Origin: the human T2T-CHM13v2.0 reference genome, Homo sapiens
Strand: one strand, 5' to 3'
Length of the DNA stretch: 64,000 bases
Assembly (NCBI RefSeq): GCF_009914755.1
Contig: NC_060938.1
Shown: one piece after another, positions 1 to 15,610 of the stretch
Layout of the letters: every line of letters starts with the position of its first letter
Numbering within the stretch: the first letter of the stretch is position 1
Translations under genes and position numbers: made by a program
Notes under the pieces: generated by a model
What the model was told of the DNA's origin: nothing
Database searches by the model: none
Seen by the model: the letters and a program-made list of their open reading frames with translations, nothing else

Positions 1-605
1 AAAAGCTAGGCTAATTTTCATTTTTAAAAATCTATTTTATTTTTATTTTTGTGGGCACATAGATATATTTATGGGGTACATATTTTGATATAGGCATGCA
101 ATGTGAAATAAGTATATCATGGAGAATGGGGTATCTATCCACTCAAGCATTTATCTTTTGAGTTACAAGCAATCCAACTACACCTTTAAGTTTTCTTAAA
201 ACGTACAATTAAGTTATTATTGGCTATAGTCACCCCATTGTGCTATCAAATAGTAGGTCTTATTCTTTCTTTCAATGTTTTTGTACCTATTAACCATCCC
301 TACCTTACCCCTCAGACCCCCACCACCCTCCCAGCCTCTGGTAACCATCCTTCTCCTCTCTATCTCCATGAGTTCAATTGTTTTGATTGTTGGATCCCAG
401 AAATAAACGAGTACATGCAATGTTTGTCTTTCTGTGCCTGGCTTATTTCACTAAACATAATGATCTCCAGTTCCATCCATGTTGTGGCAAATGACAGGGT
501 ATCATTCTTTTTAAGACATATATACTGCGTATATGTACTACATTTTCTTTATCTGTTTATCTATTGATGGATGCTGAGGCTGCTTCTAAATCTTGGCTAT
601 TGTAA

Positions 606-1008
<403 letters not shown>

Positions 1009-1253
1009 TATTATTAGTTTTTTGAGGAACCTCCAAACTGTTCTCCATAGTGACATTATTAATTTACATTCCTACCAACAGTGTATGAGGGTTACCTTTT
1101 CTTTACATCCCTGTTAGCATTTGTTATTGCCTCTCTTTTGGATATAAGCCATTTTAACTGGGGTGAGATGATATCACGTCGTAGTTTTGATTTGCATTTC
1201 TCTGATCAGTGATGTTGAGCACCTTTTATATGCCTGTTTCCCATTTGTATATC

Positions 1254-1570
<317 letters not shown>

Positions 1571-2149
1571 TAGAGAAATGTCTATCCAAATCTTTTGCCC
1601 ATCTTTTGATTGGATTATTAGATTTTTTTCCCTATAGAGTTGTTTGAGCTTCTTACGTATTCTGGTTATTAATAGCTTGTCAGCTAGGTAGTTTGCAAAT
1701 ATTTTCTCCCATTCTGTGGGTTGTCTCTTCACTTTGATAGTATCCTTTGCTGTGCAGAAGCTTTTGAACTTGATATGATCCCATTTGTCTATTTTTGCTT
1801 TGGTTGCCTGTACCTGTGGAGTATTGTTCAATAAATTTTTGCCCAGATCAATGTCCTAGAGATTTTCCCCAATGTTTTCTTGTAGGAGTTTCATAGTTTG
1901 AGGTCTTAGATTTAAGTCTTTGATCCATTTTGATTTGACTTTTTGTATATGGTGAGATATAGGGATCTAGTTTCATTATTCTGCATATGGATAATCAGTT
2001 TTTCTAGCACCATTTATTGAAGAGGCTGCCTTTTCCCTAATGTATGTTCTTAGCATGTTTGTCAAAAACAAGTTCACTGTACTTGTATGGATCTGTTTCT
2101 GGTTTCTCTATGGTGTTACATTGGTCTATGTGTGTGTCTCTCTCTCTCT

Positions 2150-2432
2150 CTTTTTTTTTTTCTCGCTCTGTTGCCCAGGATGGAGTGCAGTGGCACAATC
2201 TCAGCTCACTGCAACCTCTGCCTCCTGGGTTCAAGCGATTCTTCTGCTCAGCCTCCCTAGTTGCTGGGACTACAGGTGCCTGCCACCAAACCTGGCTAAT
2301 TTTTTGTATTTTTAGTAGAGATGGGGTTTCACTGTGTTAGCCAGGGTGGTCTCAATCTCCTGACCTCATGATCCCACCTGCCTCCACCTCCCAAAGTGCG
2401 GGGATTACAGGCGTGAGCCACCATGTCCGGCT
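2150..2432 (-). mobile_element. Alu (AluS)
   Basis: Alu consensus. Confidence 0.9.
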
Positions 2433-2879
2433 GGTTTATGTATCTGTTTTTATGCCAGTACCATGCCGTTTTAGTTACTATATCTCTGTAGTACAATTTG
2501 AAGTTGGGTAATGTTGTTCCTCCAGTTCCCTGCCCCCCCTCCATCTTAGGATAGGGATTGCATTAAATCTGTAGCTTGCTTTGGGTAGTATGGACATTTC
2601 AACAATATTGATTATTCTAATCCACGAACATGAAATATTTTTACATTTTTTTGGTGCCCTCTTCAATTTCTTTCATCAGTGTTTTATAGTTTTCATTAGA
2701 GATCTTTCACTTCTTTTGCTTAATTCCTAGGTATTTAATTTTATGTGTAGCTATTGTAAATAAGGTTTCTTTCTTAATTTCTTTTTCACATTGTTTGCTG
2801 TTGTCGTATAGAAATGCTACTGACTTTTGTATCCTGTAACTTTACTGAATTTATCAGTTCTAATAGTTTTCTTGATTTT

Positions 2880-2937
2880 GATATTCAATTTGGATATTCA
2901 ATTTGGATATTCAATTTGGATATTCAATTTGGATATT
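2880..2937. repeat. Tandem 13-mer (GATATTCAATTTG) x4.5
   Basis: Four exact copies at 2880-2931 plus partial GATATT. Confidence 0.95.
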
Positions 2938-3150
2938 GGATCTATTTAGTCTATAGTGCAAATTAAGACTGTTTCTTTTGACTTTTCTGTCTGGATGATC
3001 TGTCCAAGGCTGAAAGTGGGGTGTTGATCTCCAACTATTACTATATTGGGGCCTATCTTTCTCTAGCTCTAATATTTGCTTTATATATCTGGGTGCTCCA
3101 GTGTTGGGTGTGTATATATTTAACATTACTATATCCTCTTGTTGAATTGA

Positions 3151-3508
<358 letters not shown>

Positions 3509-4908
3509 CTAGTTTTGGTCTTAAAATCTACTTTGTCTGATAAGTATAGCAACTCCTGCTCTTTTTTAGGTTCCATTAACATGGAATATCTTTCTCCATC
3601 CCTTTATTTTCAGTCTATGTGTATTTTTATAGGTGAAGTGTTTCCTGTAGGCAACAGATTTGTTTTTTCATCCATTCAGCCATTCTACATATTTTGATTG
3701 GAGAGTTTAATCCATTTGCGTTCAATGCTACTATTGATAAGTAAACACTCACTCATGCCATTTTCTTATTTGTTTTCTGGTTATTTTGTGGTTTATTTTC
3801 CTTCTTTCTTTCCTTTTTTCCTTTATTAAAGGGGATTTTCTCTGGTGATATGGTTTAGTTTCTTGCTTCATTTTTATTTTCCTTTTTAAATTTATTTAAA
3901 AAAATATATATATAGCTTATTGCTTTCTGCTCCTGTCAGACATGCCTTACCTGAAGTTTCTTGCTTTTTATATTTTGTGTATCCATTATATATTTTTTGT
4001 TTTGAGATTACCATGAGGCTTGCAGATAGTATCTTATAACCCATTATTTTAACTTGATAACAACACTGTTTGCATAAACAAACATGCAAAAATAAAACTA
4101 ATAGAAATTTTGCACCTTAACTCCATTCCCTGCTTCTTAGCTTTTTGTTTCTGTGTATCTTATTGTACTGACTATGTCTTGAAGAGTTGTTATACTTATT
4201 ATTTTCAGCTGGTTCCTTGTTTAGTCTTTCTACTTAGGATAAAAGTAGTTTACATACCAGTTACAGTATTATAATCTGTGTTTTTTTTTCTGTCTACTTA
4301 CTATTATGAGTGAGTTTTATGCCTTCAGGTGATTACTTATTGCTCATTAATATCCTTTACTTTCTGGTAGAAGTACTCCCTTTAGCATTTCTTGTAGGGC
4401 AGTTCTGGTGTTGATGAAATCCCTCGGCTTTTGTTTATCTGTGAAAGTCTTTTTTTCTTCATGTTTGAAAGATGTTTTCATTGGATATAGTATTCCAGGG
4501 TAAAAGTTTTTTTCTTTCAGCACTTTAGATGTCATGCCACACTCTCCTGGCCTGTAATGTTTCCACTGAAGAGTCTGCTGCCAGATGTACTGGAGATCCA
4601 TTGTATGTTACTTGTTTCTTTTCTCTCACTGCTTTTAGGATCCTTTCTTTATCCTTGACCTTTGGGAGTTTGACTATTACGTACCTTGAGGTAGTCGTCT
4701 TTAGATTAAGTCTGCTTGGTGTTCTATAACCTTCTTGTACTTGGATATTGATATCTTCAGGTTTGGGAAGTTCTCCGTTATTATCACTTTGAATCAATTT
4801 TCTATCCATATATTTTTCTTTACATCTTTCAGGACAATAACTTTAGATTTGCCCTTTTAAAGACTGTTTTCTAGATCCTGTAGGCATGCTTCATTGTTTT
4901 TTATTCTT

Positions 4909-4958
4909 AATTTTGTCATTAATTTTTGTCATAAATTTTGTCATAAATTTTGTCATAA
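4909..4958. repeat. Tandem 12-mer (AATTTTGTCATA) x~4
   Basis: Directly visible in the L1 ORF1 region. Confidence 0.85.
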
Positions 4959-5033
4959 ATATTTTCAAATAGCCTGTATTCAAGCTTATTAATTTTTTCT
5001 TCTGCTTAATCAATTCTGCAATTAAAGGACTCC

Positions 5034-5336
5034 AGGCTGGGAGCGGTGGCTGACGCCTGTAATCCCAGCACTTTGGGAGTCCAAGGCAGGTGGATCACCT
5101 GAGGTCAGGAGTTTGAGACCAGTCTGGCCAACATGGTGAAACCACATCTCTACTAAAAATACAAAAGTTAGCTGGGTGTGGTAGTGCACGCCTGTAGTCC
5201 CAGCTACTTGGGAGGCTGAGAAGGGAGAATCACTTGAACCTCGAAGCAGAGGTTGCAGTGAGCCGAGATCACACCACAGCATTTCAGCCTGGGCAACACA
5301 GCAAGACTCCGTCTTAAAAAACAAAACAAAACAAAA
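5034..5336 (+). mobile_element. Alu (AluS)
   Basis: Alu consensus with (AAAAC)n tail. Confidence 0.9.
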
Positions 5337-8300
5337 CTCTAATGTATTCTTCAGTATGACAATTGCATTTTTCAGCTCCAGAATTTCTGCTTTTCTTTTT
5401 AATTATTTCAATCTCTTTATGAAATTTATCTGAGAATTCTGTATTCCTTCTGTGTTGTCTTGAATTTGTTTCCTCAACACAGCTATTTTGAATTCTGTTT
5501 GAAAGGTCACATATCCCCTTCTCCAGGATTGGTTCCTGGTGCCTTATTTAGCTCATTTGGTAAGGTGATGTTTTCCTGGATGGTATTGCTATCTAGTAGA
5601 TGTTCTTTGGTGGCCAGGCATTGAAGAGTTCAGTGTTTATTGTAGTCTTCATGGTCTAGGCTTATTTGTACCTGCCCTTCTTGGGAAGGCTTTCCAGGTA
5701 TTTGAAAGGACTTGAGTGTTGTGATCTAAGCTGTATCTGCTTTAAAGGGCACCCCAAGCCCAGTAACACTGTGATTCTTGAAGACTTATGAAATATCACC
5801 TTTATGGTCTCGGACAAGATTCAGGAGAATTCTCTGGATTACCAGGCAGAGGCTCTTTTTCTCTTCCTTTACTTTTTCCCAACCGGAGTCTCTGTCTGTT
5901 CTGAGCCACCTTAATCTGAAGGTGGAATGACACAAGCACCCCTGTGGCCACCACCACTTTGACTGTGCCAGGTCAGACCTGAAGCAAGGATAGCACTGGG
6001 TCTTGCCCAAGGCCTGCTGTAACACACTCCCTGCCTACTGCCTATGTTTGCTCAAGGTCCTGGGGCTCTATAATCAGCCAGTAGTAAAGCCAGCCAGGCC
6101 TGTGTCCTTCCCTTCAGGGAAGCAAGGTTGCCTGGGCCCTAAGTGGGTACAGTGATACCATCTGGGAGTTGGGGACTAGAGTCAAAAAACTTAGTCTACC
6201 TGGTGTTCTGTTGCACTGCGACTTAGCTGGATAACAGTCTTTCCCACTCTTTCCTCCCCTTTCAAACATAGAGGAGCCTCTCCCCATGGCCCCCACCACA
6301 GACCCATGAGGAATGCTGCCGGACTATAGCTAGGACTCCAATTAGCTTGTGGTGAATGCTGCCTGTCCTGGGACTCACCCGTCAAGGCAGTGGGCTCCCT
6401 TCTGGCCCAGGGCAGGTGCAGAAATGCTGTCTAAGAGTCAAGTTCTGGAATTGGGGGACCCCAAGAGCCTACTTGGTGCTCTGCCCCTCTGTGGCCGTGC
6501 TGGTATTTAAGGTATAAAACCAAGTCCCTTTTACTTTTCCCTCTGCTTTTCTCAAGCAGAAGTTTTGTCCCATAGCCACCACAGCTGGGAATGTGCTGAG
6601 TTTCATCTCAAGCCAGAGAGTCTTAGGGGTTCACCCAGGACCTCATCATAGTACCTGGGTATCGCTGCTGGTTATTCAGGCCCAAGGGCTCTTCAGTTAG
6701 CAGGCGATAAATGCTGTCAGGGCTGGGTCCTTTTATTTAAGGCAGTGTGTGTTCCCTTCTTGGCCAGGTTGTGTCTAGAAATGTCCTCTAGGAGCTAGAG
6801 CCTGGAACGGGGGCCTCACAACTCTGACCAGTGCCTTATCCTGCTGTGGTTGAGCTGGTATCCAAGATGCAAGGCAAAGTTCTCCCCCACTTTTCCCTCT
6901 CCTGTCCTTAAGTGGAAGGAAGGGGCCTCTTTTGGAGCCACAAGCTGTGTAGCCTGGGGTTTTGACAGGGCGTGATGCCAGCATACCATTAGCCACCCTA
7001 GCTGGTCTCGTAATATGTCACATGTCCCCCCAGTCCACTGTCTCTGGGCCTAGTTCATCACTAGGACTCACCTAAGAGTTGCAGTCCTTATGTGCTCAAC
7101 TGCCATTCAAGTTCACCTGGAGACAGAGCACTATAGCCCTCAGTGGCAAGGTTTACAGGAACTCAAGTTCCTACCACTGGGATCAGTGATTCCCTCCTCT
7201 GGCTAGGGCTGGTTTAAGTGCTCCCTCTGTGGGCAGGTGTCAGCTGAGTTTGGTCCTTTCTGCTCTAACAGGACAGCACTGAGTTGAGTGCCTCACAATT
7301 GCTGTGTTCTCCTTCCCCCCATGCCCAGAGATGTTCTCCGTACCACACCAGCTGCCAAGGGTGGAGGAGGGGTGGCAGAGGGGTGGCATCAGCTATTTGG
7401 GACTGTTTTTTCTATCTCTTCAGAGCCTCTTGCAGTGATATGAAGTTAGAACTAGGTATTATGAGGGCTCACCTGATTTTTGGTTCTTAGGAAGGTGTTT
7501 TTTTTTCTGTGTAGATAGTTGTTAAATTGGTATCTTTGTCAGGGAATGATTGGAGCCTTCTATTCTGCCATCTTGCTCCGCCTCTTCATGATCTAGGCTA
7601 ATAGTTATTTTTAGCAGGAAAAGAGTTTTGAATCAAGAGAAGTGAGATGGAACCTGGTAATACTTCTACCTTCCTAAAAAACTGGGGTGATTAATTATTT
7701 TAATCTATTTGTTAAATCTTGTGCTTAAGTTTTATGTACTTTTTCTATGTGACTATTACATTTTACAAAGAAAAAGTTAAAAAGAAGAACATCTATCTGC
7801 TGCATTATTTAGCCCATCAAAGTTAACTGTTAAGTCTCATTGTGATGCCCTAAAGGGGAGAAACTATATCCCTCATTATCCTTTTTCTCTCTCTCCCTTT
7901 CTCTCTCTCTCCTTGAACATATTTGATTTACAGAAAATGGATTAAACTCTATACACTGTCCTGTAACCTAATTCTCACTTACAGGTCTCTTGAGGCACAT
8001 TCCATATCAGTACATACAAATCTACTTTTTGAAAATTATTAATATATTAAATTTTTATGTAGAGGTAGCATGATTTAACCACTTCTGCATATGGACATTT
8101 TAGTTGTACCAGGTATTTTTATATCAAATAATGTTGCCATTAATATAGTTTTAAATACAATTTGATGCTTTGCCAGTATATTTACAGAGTTTGCACACAA
8201 AGTGTACTAATTTTATATTGTGACAAATGCCAATTCAGTGTCTGAAAAGGTGGCACCAATACACTTTTCTGACAAGAAAAGGATAAAGAAAACCTATGAG

Positions 8301-8908
8301 ATTTTTCAGAAAATTTCCTTGAAACTTTTCATATTTATAAATACCAAACACTTTAGATTTTCAAACTGATTAATAAATCCATTTTAAAATCAAAATATTT
8401 TTATAAAACTTTTTTTGCATTAACTATGAAAGCAATACAAAAACGTTTCTTAAAATATAGGAAGAAAATTATCTCACAATATCCAATTACAGAGAACCAT
8501 TGTAAAGGTTAGGAGAATACCACATGCAGAATCTCTCAGAATAAATAAATAAATAGCGCCTAAGGAGAGACAGCTAGGTAAGAATATTATAGTGAAATGG
8601 GATGGTGTGCTATTTTTAATGATTAAATTTAAACTGTTGTCTTTGAACCCAACAGAAGATAAAAAATTTGAGTAGAAATTAAAGGATTTAAGGTACAGAT
8701 GAAGGTGTCATTTTTCTCACATAAGATATACTAGTTCCTGAAAGGTGCTCAGATTTAAAATATTAAAATATTAAGGTAATTAGGTAATATTTAACTATAG
8801 TTCTCAATACTCGACAAGATCTATGATTCCTTTAGGTGAAAGATGAGAATAATGATATTCCAATGCTTTTCCTAGGTCTCCGCTGTCCATAACCTATTTT
8901 CTTATTAG

Positions 8909-9395
<487 letters not shown>

Positions 9396-11370
9396 TGATG
9401 TCAACTTTTTTTTTTTTTTAATTAATTGACTTGTTTCATGTTGTAACATATGACCTATCCTGGAGAATGTTCCACATGCTGATATATTCTATATCTGTTA
9501 GATGAAATGTTTTGTAATTGTCTGTTATAATTTGGGCCAATGTGCAGTTTAAATGTAATGTTTCTTTGTTAATCTTCTGTCTAGATCTAATACTGAGAGT
9601 AGGGCATTGAAGTCCCCAACTACTGTGTCAGTCTCTCTCTCCCTTTAGACTTAATATATTTACAAATCTGGGTGCTCCAGTGCTGGGTGCATATATGGTT
9701 AGAATTATATCTTCTGGTTGACTTGATCCCTTTATCATATAATGGTCTTCTTTATTTTTTTTACGGTTTTTAATTTAGTCTGTTTTACTTAAGTATAGCT
9801 GCTCCTGCCCACTTTGGGTTTCTGTTTGCATGGAATACCTTTTTCCATCCCTTCCCTTTCAGTCTATATTTGTCTTTATATGTGAGATGTATCTCTTGTA
9901 GGCAGCATATAATTGGGTCACTTAAAGTTCATTTATCCCATCTTTATCTGTTGTTGTTGTTGTTGTTTTTGAGACAGTGTTTTGCTCTGTCACCCAGGCT
10001 AGAGTATAGTGCCATGATCTCAGCTCACTGCAGCCTTGACCTCCTGGACTCAAGGAATCCTTCTACCTCAGCCTCCCAAGTAGCTGGGATTATAGGTGCA
10101 TGCCACTATACCCAGATAACTTATTTAATTTTTATTTTTTGTAGAGACAAAGTCTCACTATGTTGCCTAGGCTGGTCTTGAACTCCTGAGCTGAAGGGAT
10201 CCTCCCGCGCTGGCCTCCCAAAGTACTGGGATAACAGGTGTGAGGTGCTGCAGCTGGCTTCCATCTATATTTTTTAAATAGAAAGTTTAACTTGTTTACC
10301 TTCAAGGTCATTATTTATGTATGAAGATTATTCCTATCATTTTCTTTGTTGATTTTTTGCATATCTTTTGTTCCTTCCTTTCTCTTGTTTATCATCGTGG
10401 TTTGGTGGCTGTCTGTAGTGGCAACATTTGAGTCCTCACTCTTCCTTACTTATGTGTTTGTTCTACCAGTGGGTTTTCTACCTTTGTGTCTTCATGATAG
10501 TAGATATTGTCCTTTTGCTTCCAGGTATAGGACTACCTTAAGTACTTCCTCTAGGACTACTCTAGGGGTGATGAATTCACTTAGCTTTTGCTTGTCTGAG
10601 AAATACTTTATTTTTCCAACTATGAAGGATAACTCTTCGGGGTATATTATCTTTGGCTGGCAATTTTATTTCTTTCAGCACATTGAATATCTCATCGCAT
10701 TCTCTCATGGCTTGTAAGGTTTCTGCTGAGAAATCTATTAGTCTGTTTGGGGTTCTCTTATAAGTCACGAGATGCTTTTCCCCCCCTTTTTAAGAACTAT
10801 GTTTTTATTTGGCTTTCTTTAGACAGTTTGACTAAAATGTGCCACGAGGACAACCGTTTTGAATTCTATTTGCGGATCTCTGAGCTTCTTATATCTGGAT
10901 GTGTAAATCTTTTGCTAACCTTGGAAGTTTTCAGCTGTTATTTCATTACAGAGGCTTTCTATCTCCACCTCCTGAAATACCAAAAATTTGAATATTTGGT
11001 TGCTTTATGGTATCCCATATATCATGTAGGCTTTGTTTGTTCTTTTTCATTCATTTTACTTTGTCTGCCTGGATTATCTTAAGAGATCTGTCTGCAAGTT
11101 TTGAAATTCTTTCATCTGCTTGATCTAGTCTATTGTTAGAGCTTTCAAATATTTATTTCATTCAGTGAATTCTTCTGTTCCATAATTTGTTTGGTTCTTC
11201 TTAATGATATCTCTCTTCAGTAGATTTCTCATTCATATCCTGAATTGTTTTTCCGATTCCTTTGTGTTGTTTAATCTGTGTTCTCTTGTATCTCACTGAA
11301 CTTATTTAATTATTTTAAAATTTTTATCTGGTATTCATAAATTTCTTTCTCACTAGAATCTGTTACTAGA

Positions 11371-13921
11371 TGTATTAGTTGATTTTCATGCTGCTGATAA
11401 AGACATACCTGGTAGTGTGTAATTTATACAGGAAAAAGGGTTTAATTGTCTTAGAATTCCACGTGGCTGGGGAAGCCTCACAATCATGGCAAAAGGCAAG
11501 GAAGAACAAGTCACTTCTTACATGCATGGCAACAGGTAAAGAGAAAGAGCTTGTGCAGGGAAACTTTGCCTTATAAAGCTATCAGAGCTCCTGAGACTTA
11601 CTCACTATCACAAGAACAGCACAGGAAAGACTTGTTCCCATGATTCAATTACCTCCCACTGGGTCTCTCCCGTAACATGTGGGAATTCAGGATGAGATTT
11701 GGATGGGGACTTGGCCAAACCATATCATTCCACCCCGGCCCCTCCCAAATCTCATGTCCTCACATTTCAAAACCAATCATGCCTTCCCAACAGCCCCCCA
11801 AAGTAACTCATTTCAGCATTAACTCAGAAGTCCACAGTTGAAAGTCTCATCCAAGGCAAGGCAAGTCTCTTCTGCCTATGAGCCTCTAAAATCAAAAGCA
11901 AATTAGTTACTTCCTAAACACAATGGGGGTACAGGCATTGTATAAATGCAGCCATTCTAAATGGGAGAAATTGGCCAAAGCAAAGGGGCAACAGGCCTCA
12001 TGCAAGTGTGAAATCCAGCAGGGCAGTAAAGTCTTAAAGCTCCAAAATGACCTTTTTTGATTCCATGCCTCACATCCAGGTCACACTGATGCAAGAGGTA
12101 GGTTCCCATGGTCTTGGGCAGCTCCCTTCTGGCTGCTTTCATGGGCTGGCATTGAATATCTGCACTTTTCCAGGCACATAGTGCAAGCTGTCAATGGATC
12201 TACCATTCTGGGGTCTGGAGGATGGTGGCCCTCTTCTCACAGCTCCACTTGACGGTACCCTAGTAGGGACTCTGTGTAGGGACTCTGACACCATGTTGCC
12301 ATTCCGTACCACCCTAGCAGAGATTCTACATGAGAGCCTTGCCCCTGCAGCAAACTTCTGCCTGGACATCCAGGCATTTCCATACATCCTCTGAAATCTA
12401 GGCAAAGGTTCCCCTACCCCAATTCTTGACTTCTTGCACTCGCAGGCTCAACACCATGTGGCAGCTGCCAAGGCTTGAGGCTTGCACCCTCTGAAGCCAT
12501 ATCCCAAGCTCTACATTGACCACTTTCAGCCACAGCAGGAGCAGCTGGGATGCAGAGCACCAAGTCCCTAGGCTGCACATAGCATGGGGACCCTGGGCCT
12601 GGCCCGTGAAACCACCACTTTTTCCTCCTAGGCCTCCAGGCCTGTGATGGGAGGGGCTGCCATGACCACCTCTGACATGCCCTGGAGACATTTTCCCCAT
12701 TGACTTGGGGATTAACATTCAGCTCCTTGTTACTTATGCAAATTTCTAAAGCCAGCTTGGATTTCTCCTCAGAAAATGGGATTTTTTCTATCGTGTTGTC
12801 AGACTGAAATTTTCCAAACTTTTATGCTCTGCTTCCCTTCTAAGACTGATTGCCTTTAACAGCACCCAAGTCACCTCTTGAATGCCTTGCTGCTTAGAAA
12901 TTTCTTCTGCCAGATACCCTAAATTATCTCAATTCAAAGCTCCAGAAATCTCTAGGGCAGGGGCAAAATGCCACTAGTCTCTTTGCTAAAACATAACAAG
13001 AGTCACTGGCCAGGCACGGTGGCTCACAGCTATAATCCCAGCACTTTGGGAGGCTGAAGCAGGTGGATCACCTGAGGTTGGGAGTTCGAGAGCAGCCTGA
13101 CCAACATGGAGAAACCCTGTCTCTACTTAAAAAAAAAAAAAAAAAAAAAATTAGCCAGATATGGTGGTGCATGCCTATAATCCCAGCTACTCAGGAGGCT
13201 GAGGTAGAAGAATCGCTTGAACCCAGGAGGCAGAGGTTAGTGAGCCAAGATCATGCCATTGCACTCCAGCCTGGGCAACGAGAGTGAAACTCCATCTCAA
13301 AAAAAAAAAGTCACCTTTGCTCCAGTTACCAACAAGTTCCTCATCTCCACCTGAGACCACTTCAGCCTGGACCTTATTGTTCATACCGCTATCAGCATTT
13401 TTGTCAAAGCCATTCAATAAGTCTCTAGGAAGTTTCAAATTTTCCCACATCTTCCTCTCTTCTTCTGAGCCCTCCAAACTGTTCCAACCCCCTGCCTGTT
13501 ACCCAGTTCCAAAGTTGCTTCCACATTTTTGGGTATCTTTTCAGCAGTCCTCCACTCTATTGGTACCAATTTACTGTATTTGTTTTCATGCTGCTGATAA
13601 AGACATACCTGACACTGGGTAATCTACACAGGAGAAAAGGCTTAATGGACTTATAGTTCCAGGTGGCTGGGGAAGCCTCACAATCATGGGGAAAGGCAAG
13701 GAGGAACAAGTCATATCTTACATGGATGGAAGCAGGCAAAGAGCTTGTACAGGGAAACTCCACCTTATAAAGCCATCAGATCTTGTAAGACTTATTCACT
13801 ATCACGAGAACAGCATGAGAAAGACCTGCCCTCAGGATTCAATTATCTCCCACAGGGTCCCTCCTACAACATGTAGGAATTCAGGATGAGATTTGGGTGG
13901 GGACACAGCCAAACCATATCA
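11371..13921 (-). mobile_element. Complete THE1 (THE1A/B-like) MaLR provirus: LTR 11371-11727, internal region, LTR 13575-13921
   Basis: Two homologous ~350-bp LTRs (TGTATT...CCAAACCATATCA), THE1-int sequence between them, 5-bp TSD CTAGA/CTGGA. Confidence 0.92.
13008..13309 (+). mobile_element. Alu (AluS) inserted in THE1-int
   Basis: Alu consensus flanked by AGTCAC on both sides; long A linker. Confidence 0.9.
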
Positions 13922-14245
13922 CTGGAGAATTGTTTGTTTTTTAAATTTTTTAAAAAACTTAGGTTCAGGGGGTACATGTGCAAGAATTACTGTGTTGCTT
14001 TGGAGGTATCATATTTCCTTTTTCATATTTTTTGTCTTTATGCATCTTATATAATGGTTACATCTACTAATTTTTTGAATTTATTTTTGTAGGAGAGGAC
14101 TTTTTTCTGAAGATGTTTCTGTGTTGTTGGTAGGGTAAAGCACTTTGGTTTTGATTCTAGATGCATGCAGTAGTGTGGTCTCCATATAAGTTCTTCAGCT
14201 GTAAATAGCAATGGTGGTTTCCAGTGTCCTCAGGGGAAGTTTTGT

Positions 14246-14468
14246 CACTGCAACTTCCGCCTCCCGGGTTCACACCATTCTGCTGCCTCAGCCTCCTGAG
14301 TAGCTGGGACTACAGGTGCCTGCCACCACGCCCGGCTAATTTTTTGTATTTTTAGTGGAGACAGGGTTTCACTGTGTTAGCCAGGATGGTCTTGATCTGA
14401 CCTCGTGATCCACCCACCTTGGCCTCCCAAAGTGCTGGGATTATAGGTGTGAGCCACCGTGCCTGGCC
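14246..14468 (-). mobile_element. Alu lacking its 3' end and tail
   Basis: Alu similarity starts abruptly at TCACTGCAAC. Confidence 0.85.
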
Positions 14469-15610
14469 CTCTTTTTCTCCTTTCTTAAGGTAAAGCCTGT
14501 GGTTATTGATTTCAGACCTTTCTTCTTTTCTAATATAGGTGCTTAGTGGTATAAATTGTTCTGTAAGTACTACTTTAAAAGCATATTGATTTTGAAATGT
14601 TTTTATTTTGATTCAGTTCAAGATAGTTTAGTTTCCCTTTAGACTTTTTTTTCTTGAACCAATGAGGTTTGAAGTGTCTTCATTAGTTTCCAAATTCTTG
14701 GTATTTTCTAGCAAGATTCTTGTTAATGAATTTTAATTTGATTTAATAGTGGTCAGAGAATGTACTTTGTATGACTTGAATCCTTTTATTTTTAACTTTA
14801 GGTGTGGTGGTACATATGAAGGGTTTTTTGTTGTTGTTGTTGTTGTTTGAGATGGAGTCTCACTCTGTCACCCAGTCTAGATTGCAGTGGCACAATCATC
14901 TCAGCTCCATATGAAGGTTTTTTACACAGGTAAACCCATGTCACAGGGGTTTGTTGTACAGATTATTTCATCACCCAGGAATTAAGTCTAGTACCCAATA
15001 TTATCTTTTCTGTTCCTCTCCCTCCTCCCACCCTCCACTCTCAAGGAGACCCCAGTGTCTGTTTCCTTCTTTGTGTCTATGTGTTCTCATCATTTAGCTC
15101 CCACTTGTAAGGGAAAAAAATGCGGGATTTTGTTTTCTGTTCCTGAGTTAGTTTGCTAAGGATAATGGTCTCCAGCTCCATCCTTGTTCCCACAAAAGAC
15201 ATGATCTTCTTCTTTTTTATGGTTGCATAGTATTCCATAGTTTATATACCACATTTTCTTTTTTGTTGTTGTTGTTTTGAGATGAAGTTATGCTCTTGTC
15301 ACCCAGGCTGGAGTATAATGGTGCGACCTTGGCTCCCTGCAACCTCTGCCTCCCGGGGTCAAGGGATGCTCCTGCCTCAGTCTCCTGAGTAGCTGGGATT
15401 ATAGGCGCCTGCTACCATGCCCAGCTAATTTTTGTATTTTTAATAGAGATGGGGTTTCACCACGCTAGCCAGGCTGGTCTTGAACTCCTGACCTCAGGTG
15501 ATCCACCTGCTTCAGCCTCCCAAAGTGCTGGGATTACACAAGTGAGCCACCATGCCAGGCCTGTACTACATTTTCTTTATCCAATCTGACATCGATAGGC
15601 ATTTAGGTTG

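Larger units (their letters stand above)
9430..14240 (-). mobile_element. Old L1M fragment (EN/ORF1 region) interrupted by an AluJ (~9950-10258) and the THE1 provirus
   Basis: Degenerate L1 motifs, e.g. DFSAETLQAMRECDEIFNVLKE (ORF1) at 10577-10768. Confidence 0.65.
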
